Shown here: one piece after another, positions 39,060 to 46,633 of the stretch
Position numbering within the stretch: position 1 is the first letter of the stretch
Layout: each line of letters starts with the position of its first letter
Source: an uncultured Candidatus Binatia bacterium
GTDB taxonomy: Bacteria > Desulfobacterota > Binatia > Bin18
Assembly (NCBI GenBank): GCA_965200125.1
Contig: OZ241332.1
Location: 2,627,260 to 2,691,259 of the forward strand
Direction of reading: 5' to 3'
DNA: 64,000 bases
The notes under the pieces: model-generated
The model's database searches: none
What the model was told of the DNA's origin: nothing
What the model saw: the letters and a program-made list of their open reading frames with translations, nothing else
Made by a program: the position numbers and the translations under genes

Positions 39060-39449
39060 ATGGACGGGCCCTCGGAGAAAAGCATCAAGCGCATGCGCAT
39101 CTACGTGGACAAATACCTGCGGAAGACCGGCACCGCGCGGCACCCGGACGCCGAGGTCACGGAGTCGGTCATTCTCGGCTTGGCCAACAACATCGACGAG
39201 ACCGGCCGGCCGCTCTGCCCGTGCAATTTCTATCCCGACAAGAAGGCCGAACTCGAACGCAGCCGCGAATGGGTGTGCGCCTGCGACGAAATGAAGAAAT
39301 GGAAATATTGCCACTGCCTGTTGTTCGTGGCGCCCGACGGCCGGCCGATCACCGAACATCTTCCCGACGACCACGAAGGCCGCCGGATATACGGCCTCGT
39401 CCCCGACCCGACGCCCGACCGGGGCCGCGAATTGGGGGACAAGGGGTAG
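39060..39449 (+). CDS. Ferredoxin-thioredoxin reductase catalytic subunit
   Basis: CPC, CAC and CHCLLF motifs. Confidence 0.88.
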   Translation: MDGPSEKSIKRMRIYVDKYLRKTGTARHPDAEVTESVILGLANNIDETGRPLCPCNFYPDKKAELERSREWVCACDEMKKWKYCHCLLFVAPDGRPITEHLPDDHEGRRIYGLVPDPTPDRGRELGDKG

Positions 39450-39470
39450 GAGGAGGCGCGGCGGTCAAGA

Positions 39471-39545
39471 CCCTCTCCCCCGGATCACGTCCAGGGCAGG
39501 CTCTAACCCTCCCCCTGGTCCCTGAGCCTGTCGAAGGGGAGGGGA
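39471..39545. repeat. Composite palindromic repeat with two 24-nt modules
   Basis: ccctctccc[ccggatcacgtccagggcaggctc]taaccctccc[ctggtccctgagcctgtcgaaggg]gagggg. Confidence 0.75.
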
Positions 39546-39615
39546 TTTGCTTTTTATGGGGAGGTCATAGGCAAGCCGGTGAGATGCGGCTCGGAGAACG
39601 GGACGTCGCGGCTGC

Positions 39616-40734
39616 TCATGCCAGCGTGCGGAGAAACTCGACCGCGGGCATCGCCCGGATCCCCTCCGGCGTTCGATAGTCGCGGCGACCGGACAAGGCG
39701 ATCTGAACGGCGTCCGCGGCCGGGAAGCGCGTCTTCAGATAACGCAGCCCGCGGGCGATGTCGCGGTCCGTCACCTTGCACTCCACGAACAGGATCGGCT
39801 GTCTGTCCTCGGTGACCACGAAGTCGACTTCCCGTAGGTCCACGTCCCGGAAGAACCGCAGTTCGAGTTCGCGGCCGCGCGCGTCCTGCTCGAAGTGCAC
39901 CCACTTCAACAGGTGACACGCGACGAGATTCTCGAAGCGCGCTCCCTCGTTGCGCACCACCGACCAGTCGAAGTGGTAGTGCTTGCGCTCCTGCTTCACG
40001 GCGCGGATACGAGGGGCGCCGAACGGGGCCACGCGGAAAATGGCGAACAGACGTTCCAACGCGTCGAGCCAAGCCGCGGCGGTCTTGTGCGCCACTTGCA
40101 GATCCTCGCGCAGGGCGTTGACCGACAGCGGCGCCCCCACCAGGTCCGGCAGACGCAGCAGCATCTCTTCCAACCTGCCCAAGTCCTGGATACGCGCCAG
40201 CGAGGCGACCTCTTCCTCCACCAGGCGTGCGCGGTACTCGCGCGACCAGCGCCGCGCCTCGGTCTCGCTCCCGCGGAGAAACGGCTCCGGGAATCCGCCG
40301 AGACGCGACAGCGCCGCGAGTCCCTCCGCGTCTTCGATGCCGATCTCGGCGACGGAGAACGGATGCAGCCGCAACAGGTGATAGCGGCCCTGCAAGGAGT
40401 CGCCGCCGAAACCGAACAGTTCCAGGCGACCACCCCCGGTGACGAGGATGCGCCGCTGCTCCCCGCCGGCGTCGGAGAGCCCTTTGAGGAAATCCCGCCA
40501 GCGGCGATACTTGTGGATCTCGTCGAACACCCACAGATCGGCAGTCGGGAGCTCCCGCCGCAAGATGCGTTCCCGGTCTGCCGGGACGTCCCAGCTCAGA
40601 TAGCCGCTCGCGGCGTCCGGCAAACGCCGCGCCAACGTCGTCTTGCCGACTTGCCGAGGCCCGGCCACGAACACCATCTTGCGTTCGAGGTCGCGGATGA
40701 CTTGTGCTTCCAAGTAGCGGGATGTGGTCACCAT
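39616..40734 (-). CDS. AAA_14 ATPase with DUF4143-like and C-terminal PD-(D/E)xK-like region
   Basis: Walker A GPRQVGKT, FDEIHK, DSLQGR, GGFPEP, EVDFV...VECK. Confidence 0.88.
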   Translation of the reverse strand: MVTTSRYLEAQVIRDLERKMVFVAGPRQVGKTTLARRLPDAASGYLSWDVPADRERILRRELPTADLWVFDEIHKYRRWRDFLKGLSDAGGEQRRILVTGGGRLELFGFGGDSLQGRYHLLRLHPFSVAEIGIEDAEGLAALSRLGGFPEPFLRGSETEARRWSREYRARLVEEEVASLARIQDLGRLEEMLLRLPDLVGAPLSVNALREDLQVAHKTAAAWLDALERLFAIFRVAPFGAPRIRAVKQERKHYHFDWSVVRNEGARFENLVACHLLKWVHFEQDARGRELELRFFRDVDLREVDFVVTEDRQPILFVECKVTDRDIARGLRYLKTRFPAADAVQIALSGRRDYRTPEGIRAMPAVEFLRTLA

Positions 40735-40823
40735 CGACCGAAAATACGACCAATTTACACCAGAGTCAAAATTGCACGCGAGTTATTTCGGCTCGGGTTT
40801 CGTGCGGGCGGGCTTTTTCATTC

Positions 40824-40918
40824 GGGAATTACATACAAGACGGTCCGAGATTCTTCCCTGACCTCTATATCGTGCCCCCGGTCGAAACGGGCAGGGGATC
40901 ATCCTGTATGTAATTCTC
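40824..40918. mobile_element. Possible MITE-like element with terminal inverted repeats
   Basis: GGGAATTACATACAAG (40824-40839) versus CCTGTATGTAATTCTC (40903-40918): 14/16 inverted match; no ORF inside. Confidence 0.4.
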
Positions 40919-40956
40919 TATTCATTTTGAAAGGGGATCTATCGGTTCGAGGGGGA

Positions 40957-41038
40957 CCCTCTCCCCCGGATCAAGTCCGGGGCAGGCTCTAACCCTCCCC
41001 CTGGTCCCTGAGCCTGTCGAAGGGGAGGGGGAGAGGGG
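40957..41038. repeat. Composite palindromic repeat with two 24-nt modules
   Basis: ccctctccc[ccggatcaagtccggggcaggctc]taaccctcccc[ctggtccctgagcctgtcgaaggg]gagggggagagg. Confidence 0.8.
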
Positions 41039-41142
41039 CTCCGGAAGTCGCCTCGGCGTTCCGAGCCGAGAGGCTCCCCGGACTTCGCGAAACGCAGATG
41101 CTCCGCGCCGCCTAGTCGAAAACGGACGGGCGGAGGGCGCGC

Positions 41143-43467
41143 TCAGACGCCGCGGAAATTGTAGGTCAGTTCCAGGCCGAAGGTGCGGCCCCGCTCCAAT
41201 GCCGAAATGCTGCCGAGGGTCGGCGAGACGGTCAGGTCTTCGCCGGCCCGGGCGAAGTTCAGCAGATTCCTGCCGTAGAGACCTACCACCCACTGCCCGT
41301 CGTCGAGGTACAGGTCCATGCCCGCGTCCACGATCTTCTGCTGCCGGTTGAAGCCCAGATTGTCGGCCGTGTCGTACGACTTGTCCCGGTAGGCGTAGTT
41401 GGCCCGCGAGACGAGCCGGTGGCGGGCGCCGATCCGCAGCGTATGCTGCACGCCCAAGCTGTACGTCCAGGTCGGGACGCGTGGCAGCTCGACGTCTTCG
41501 TCCCGCCCATCCACCTGCCCGTCGTAGGTGAGGTCGTACGCGACCTTGGTGTAGTCGGCCTCCAGGTACCCGGCGGAGCCGAGCAGGGTCAGGTCGGGGG
41601 TGACGGCGAAACTGCCCTCGACCTCGAACCCCCACGTTTCCGCGTCGCCAATGGTCCGGGTGAACGGCACGTATAAGGGCGGCAACGACGGTACGGGCAC
41701 ACGCTGGAGGAGAAACACCTGACGTCGCACGTCGTCGATGAAGTTGTAGAAGAACGCCGCGTTGACGTAGGTCCCCGGGCCGAACGTGTGCTTGACACCG
41801 AGCTCGAACGTGTCCACCCGCTCGTCGTCGAACGACAGATCGTCGAATTCGTCGGTCACGGCCAACCCGGCGAGTTGCTCCGGGGACAGGATGCGGTGGA
41901 GCTTGACGGATCTGTCGCGCAGATTGTAGCCGCCGGGCCGGAAGCTGCGCCGCCAATGCCCGTAGAGCAGTGCCTGCTCGTCGAACCGGTAGGTCAAGCC
42001 GACCTTGGGCGACCAGTAGTTCCAGCTTTCGCCGTCTTCGTAATCGGGGGAGCACTCGGGGCCGTCCACGACGTGGCACGATGCGAGGTTGAACGCCGAA
42101 CCCGTGACGGTCGCGTCCTTCTCGTCGCGGGTCCAGCGCAGCCCCGCGGTCAACGTCAGGCGGTCGGTCAGGTCGTAGTCGCCGTTCAGGAACAGGGCGA
42201 ACGATTCGAGGTCGTGATGGCCGCCACCGTTCTGCTCGAGTCTGCCGCCCGGAAAGGCGGTCAGATACCGGTCGTGGTTGATCGTCTCGTTGGTGAAGTA
42301 ATAGAAGCCGGCGGTCAGGAACAGCCGGTCGAAGAACACTCCGGTGTAGCGCAGTTCGTTGCTGACCTGTTCCGCGGTGTGGGCGATCTGGGTATCGAGG
42401 GTGGGTTGCGGCGTCGCGTCGAGGTCGACCGCCTGATCGAGCCGGCTGTCGCGCCAGCCGAAGATGTTGGTGACCGTGCCGTTGCCCAGCGCCACGTCCC
42501 AGTCCGCCCGCAGGCGGAAGAAGTGCACTTCGGCCCGGTTGTAGCCCTCTTCGTCGATCGCGAAGTCGTGGCTGTCGCGATCGAAGACGGCGCTCCGGTC
42601 GAAGTAGCTCGCGCGGTTCTGGGTGGGGCGGCCGTCGCCGTCGCCGTCCTGCCATTCGTAGCGCAGCGTCAGGTCGAGGTTCTCCGTGGGTCGCCACGAG
42701 ACCACCGGCCGCAGCGAGACGTAGTCCCAGGCGCCGAACGCCTTGCCGTTGTGCCGGTTCTTGAACCAGCCCTGGTCCTGGTTGGAGTACACGTTCAGGC
42801 GGGCGCCCAGCGTCTCGGTCAGCGGAGCGTTCAGCATCCCCGACACGTACACGTTGGGGGCCTTGCCGCCGCCTTCCACCGAACTGCGCACCGTGGCTTC
42901 GTAGCGGTCCGTGGGCCGTTTGGTTTCGAGCAGCACGGCGCCGCCGACCATGCTGCGGCCGAACAGCGTGCTCTGCGGACCGCGCAGGATTTCGATGGAT
43001 TCCAGGTCGTACACGTCGTGCAGGGCCGTGAAGCTGGTGCCCACGTACACGCCATCGACGAACAGACCGACGCTGTGGTCCACGGCCGGGAGGGAATTGT
43101 TGGCGCCCAGCCCGCGGATGGAGAAGTGGGCGACTCCGCGCGCGACGTTGCGGTCGTCCAACTGCACGTTGGGCAGGCCGATGGACAGATTGGTCAGATT
43201 CCGCACCTTCATCACGTCGATCCGCTCCGCCTCGAACGCGGTGACCGCTCCGGGCACCTCCTGCGGGGGCAATTCGAGTTGTCTTTCCGCGGCGACTTCC
43301 ACGGCTTCCAGCCGCTGGGGTTGCGCGGCCGCTCGTGATTCCGTCTCGGCCGCGGGCGGACTGGCGGTCTGCGCCTGGGCCGGCAGTCCGCCCAGCGTCA
43401 GCACGGCGCCGAGCGCGAAGGCCCGCAGGGCGGCGGGCGTGGCAGTGCTCCGATGCGTGGTGTCCAT
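41143..43467 (-). CDS. TonB-dependent receptor (paralogue 1 of 5)
   Basis: Signal peptide; plug motifs FSIRG, VGLFVDGVY, IEILRGPQSTLFGR; C-terminus GRTFGLELTYNFRGV. Confidence 0.93.
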   Translation of the reverse strand: MDTTHRSTATPAALRAFALGAVLTLGGLPAQAQTASPPAAETESRAAAQPQRLEAVEVAAERQLELPPQEVPGAVTAFEAERIDVMKVRNLTNLSIGLPNVQLDDRNVARGVAHFSIRGLGANNSLPAVDHSVGLFVDGVYVGTSFTALHDVYDLESIEILRGPQSTLFGRSMVGGAVLLETKRPTDRYEATVRSSVEGGGKAPNVYVSGMLNAPLTETLGARLNVYSNQDQGWFKNRHNGKAFGAWDYVSLRPVVSWRPTENLDLTLRYEWQDGDGDGRPTQNRASYFDRSAVFDRDSHDFAIDEEGYNRAEVHFFRLRADWDVALGNGTVTNIFGWRDSRLDQAVDLDATPQPTLDTQIAHTAEQVSNELRYTGVFFDRLFLTAGFYYFTNETINHDRYLTAFPGGRLEQNGGGHHDLESFALFLNGDYDLTDRLTLTAGLRWTRDEKDATVTGSAFNLASCHVVDGPECSPDYEDGESWNYWSPKVGLTYRFDEQALLYGHWRRSFRPGGYNLRDRSVKLHRILSPEQLAGLAVTDEFDDLSFDDERVDTFELGVKHTFGPGTYVNAAFFYNFIDDVRRQVFLLQRVPVPSLPPLYVPFTRTIGDAETWGFEVEGSFAVTPDLTLLGSAGYLEADYTKVAYDLTYDGQVDGRDEDVELPRVPTWTYSLGVQHTLRIGARHRLVSRANYAYRDKSYDTADNLGFNRQQKIVDAGMDLYLDDGQWVVGLYGRNLLNFARAGEDLTVSPTLGSISALERGRTFGLELTYNFRGV

Positions 43468-43587
43468 ACGGGTCCTCCGTTTCAGCCGCGGCGTGGCCGG
43501 CGCATTCGTTCATCGTGTGCGAACGATTCCCGCGCCGCCTGCCCCGACTCTCCTTACTATGACCGTCGGAAAAAAGGAAGGAAGGGA

Positions 43588-43616
43588 ATTACATACAAGA
43601 GGATACTAACGGTCAA
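43588..43616 (-). promoter_or_regulatory. Putative sigma70 promoter of TBDR 1
   Basis: TTGACC-17 nt-TGTAAT on the minus strand, ~120 nt upstream of the ATG. Confidence 0.55.
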
Positions 43617-43635
43617 AGGCCGGGGTGACAGCGGG

Positions 43636-43820
43636 GTTCGTTTCGACAGGCTCAACGAACTTAGGGGGGAGCGGGGAAGGTCCTTGAGCCTGCGATGCTC
43701 TGAGCTTGTCGAAGAGTCGAAAGGCCGGGGGCGGGGGATAGTGTGAGAATGGGGGTCCCATCGGGGTCCGTTTCTACCCTTCGACAGGCTCAGGGACCAG
43801 GGGGAGGGCTGGGGAGAGGG
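43636..43820. repeat. Cluster of invariant-loop hairpins including a nested 24-nt insertion (43693-43716)
   Basis: GTTCGTT-loop-AACGAAC; CCTT-GAGCCTG[24 nt]TCGA-AAGG; CCCT-loop-AGGGACCAG. Confidence 0.85.
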
Positions 43821-43882
43821 TCCCCCGAGGGTCCCCCGAAGTCGCCTCGGCGTTCCGAACCGAGGCGCTCCCGAACCCCCGT

Positions 43883-46252
43883 TCAGACGCCGCGGAAATT
43901 ATAGGTCAGTTCCAGGCCGAAGGTGCGGCCCCGCTCCAACGGCGAAGTGGTGCCGCCGGGGACGAACGGCACAATCGCGCTGTCCGTGCCGGCCCGGGCG
44001 AAGTCCAACAGATTCCTGCCGTACAGCCCGACCACCCACTGCCCGTCGTCGAGGAACAGGTCCATGCCCGCGTCCACGATCTTCTGCTGCCGGTTGAAGC
44101 CCAGATTGTCCGTCGTATTGTACGCCTTGTCCCGATACGCGTAGTTGACGCGCGAGACGAGCCTGTGGCGCAGGCCGAGTGGCAGCGTATGCTGCACGCC
44201 CAGGCTGTACGTCCAGGTCGGGGCGCGCGGGATCTCCAGGTCCTCGTCCTGTCCATCGACCCGCCCGTCGAGGTTGAGGTCGCGCACCGTCCTGGTGTAG
44301 TCCGCCTCCAGGTAGCCCGCGGAGCCGAGTACGGTCAGATCGGAGGTGACGGCCACGCTGCCCTCGATCTCGAAGCCCCACGTTTCGGCGTCGCCCGCGT
44401 TCCGGGTCAACGGCACGAATCTCGAACCCGTCACCACGTTCCCCCTCTCGTCCAGGACCAGCGTCCTGTTCAAGACGGTGATAGTCCGTTCGGTGAACAG
44501 GATGTGGCGTTGTACGTCGTCGATGAAGTTGTAGAAGAACACCGCGTTGACGTAGGTCCGCGGGCCGAACGTCTTCTTGACCCCGAGCTCGAACGTATCC
44601 ACCCGCTCGTCGTCGAACGACAGGTCGTTGAACTCGTCGGTCAGGACGAGCCCGCGCTCCGCCAAGAAGGCGCGTTGCCCCGGCCCGTAGAACGCATAGA
44701 GGTTCACGGACAGATCGCGCAGATTGTAGCCGCCGGGCCGGTGGCCGCGGCGCCAATGCCCATAGACCAGCGTCTGCTCGTCGAAGCGGTAGCTCAGCCC
44801 GACCTTGGGCGACCAGTGGTTCCAGCTTTCGTCGTAGGTGTGATGGCGGGGACAGGTCGGGCCGTCCACGACGTGGCACTCCGTCCGGTGCCGATACATG
44901 CTCGTGACGGTCGCGTCCTTCTCGTCGCGGGTCCAGCGCAGTCCCGCGGTCAGCGTCAGACGGTCGGTCAGGTCGTAGTCCCCGTTCAGGAACAGGGCGA
45001 AGGATTCGAGGTCCAGGTCGCCGCCGCCGACGGCATCAAATCCCGAGGTGGGAAAGTCGTGCCGGTCGTGGTGGAGGAGCTCGTTGGTGAAGTAGTAGAA
45101 GCCGGTCGTCAGGAACAGGCGGTCGAAGAACACGCCGGTGTAGCGTAGTTCGTTGCTGACCTGTTCCGCGGTCTGGGTCGCGCCGGAGGTGAAGAGGGGT
45201 CGCGGCGTCGCATCGATGTCGCCCAGCGTGTCGAGCCGGGCGTCGCGCCAGCCGAAGATGTTGGTGACCGTGCCGTGACCAAGCGCCACGTCCCAGTCCG
45301 CCCGCAGATTGAAGAAGTGCGTCTCGACCCGGGTGTAGCCCGCTTCGTCGATCGCGAAGTCGTGGCTGTCGCGGTCGTACAGTCCCCGGCTCTGGGCCGC
45401 GGGGCCGTCGCCGTCGCCGTCCTGCCATTCGTAGCGCAGCGTCAGGTCCAGCGTCTCCGTGGGCTGCCACGAGACCACCGGGCGCAGCGAGACGTAGTCG
45501 TGCGTGCCGAAGGCCCGGCCGTCGTGCTCGTTCTCGAACCAGCCCTGGTCCTGGTTGGAGTACACGTTCAGGCGGACGCCCAACGTCTCGGTCAGCGGGG
45601 CGTTCAGCATGCCCGACACGTACACGTTGGGGGCCTTGCCGCCGCCTTCCACCGAACTGCGCACCGTGGCTTCGTAGCGGTCCGTGGGCCGTTTGGTTTC
45701 GAGCAGCACGGCGCCGCCGACCACGTTGCGGCCGAACAGCGTGCTCTGCGGACCGCGCAGGATTTCGATGGATTCCAGGTCGTACACGTCGTGCAGGGCC
45801 GCGACGGTGGTGCCCACGTACACGCCATCGACGAACACGCCGACGCTCGGGTCGATGCCCGGGTCGAGGGCCGGGAGGGAACTGTTGGCGCCCATCCCGC
45901 GGATCGAGAAGTGGGCGACCCCGCGCGCAACGCTCCGGTCATCCAACTGCACGTTGGGCAGGCCGATGGACAGGTTGGTCAGATTGCGCACCTTCAGGAC
46001 GTCGATCTGCTCGGCTTCGAACGCGGAGACCGCCGCGGGCATTTCTTGCGGGGGCAATTCGAGTTGCCTTTCCGCGGCGACTTCCACGGCTTCCAGGCGT
46101 TGGGGTTCCGCGTCCGCTCGTCGTTCGGTCTCGGCCGCGGGTGGACTGGCGGTCTGCGCATAGGCTGGCAGCGCGCCCAGCGTCAGCGCCACGCCGAGCG
46201 CGAAGGCCCGCAGGGCGGTGGGTGTGGCGGTGTTTCGATGCGTGGTGTCCAT
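43883..46252 (-). CDS. TonB-dependent receptor (paralogue 2 of 5)
   Basis: Same motifs; close paralogue of TBDR 1 including the leader; GGAGG RBS before ATG 46252. Confidence 0.93.
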   Translation of the reverse strand: MDTTHRNTATPTALRAFALGVALTLGALPAYAQTASPPAAETERRADAEPQRLEAVEVAAERQLELPPQEMPAAVSAFEAEQIDVLKVRNLTNLSIGLPNVQLDDRSVARGVAHFSIRGMGANSSLPALDPGIDPSVGVFVDGVYVGTTVAALHDVYDLESIEILRGPQSTLFGRNVVGGAVLLETKRPTDRYEATVRSSVEGGGKAPNVYVSGMLNAPLTETLGVRLNVYSNQDQGWFENEHDGRAFGTHDYVSLRPVVSWQPTETLDLTLRYEWQDGDGDGPAAQSRGLYDRDSHDFAIDEAGYTRVETHFFNLRADWDVALGHGTVTNIFGWRDARLDTLGDIDATPRPLFTSGATQTAEQVSNELRYTGVFFDRLFLTTGFYYFTNELLHHDRHDFPTSGFDAVGGGDLDLESFALFLNGDYDLTDRLTLTAGLRWTRDEKDATVTSMYRHRTECHVVDGPTCPRHHTYDESWNHWSPKVGLSYRFDEQTLVYGHWRRGHRPGGYNLRDLSVNLYAFYGPGQRAFLAERGLVLTDEFNDLSFDDERVDTFELGVKKTFGPRTYVNAVFFYNFIDDVQRHILFTERTITVLNRTLVLDERGNVVTGSRFVPLTRNAGDAETWGFEIEGSVAVTSDLTVLGSAGYLEADYTRTVRDLNLDGRVDGQDEDLEIPRAPTWTYSLGVQHTLPLGLRHRLVSRVNYAYRDKAYNTTDNLGFNRQQKIVDAGMDLFLDDGQWVVGLYGRNLLDFARAGTDSAIVPFVPGGTTSPLERGRTFGLELTYNFRGV

Positions 46253-46372
46253 ACGTGTCCTCCGTTTCAGCCGCGGCGTGGCCGGCGCGTTCGTTTCACC
46301 GTGTGCGAACGATTCCCGCGCCGCCTGCCCCGACTTTCTTTCCATGATCGTCGTAAAAAAGGAAGGAAGGGA

Positions 46373-46401
46373 ATTATATACAAGAGGTCTCTAACGGTCG
46401 A
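46373..46401 (-). promoter_or_regulatory. Putative sigma70 promoter of TBDR 2
   Basis: TCGACC-17 nt-TATAAT, positionally equivalent to the TBDR 1 promoter. Confidence 0.55.
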
Positions 46402-46420
46402 AGGCCGAGGTGACATTGGG

Positions 46421-46575
46421 GTTCGTTTCGACAGGCTCAACGAACTTAGGGAGGAAGCGGGGAAGGTCCTTGAGCCTGTCGAAAGGCCGGGGGCGGGGGA
46501 TATAGTGTGAGAATAGGGGTCCCATCGGGGTCCGTTTCTACCCTTCGACAGGCTCAGGAACCAGGGAAAGGGTCC
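46421..46575. repeat. Cluster of invariant-loop hairpins, paralogous to 43636-43820 but without the nested insertion
   Basis: CCTT-GAGCCTGTCGA-AAGG at 46468-46486 is uninterrupted. Confidence 0.85.
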
Positions 46576-46633
46576 CCCGAGAGCCCCCGCAGTCACCTCG
46601 ACATTCCGAACCGAGACCCTCCCGAACCCCGGC

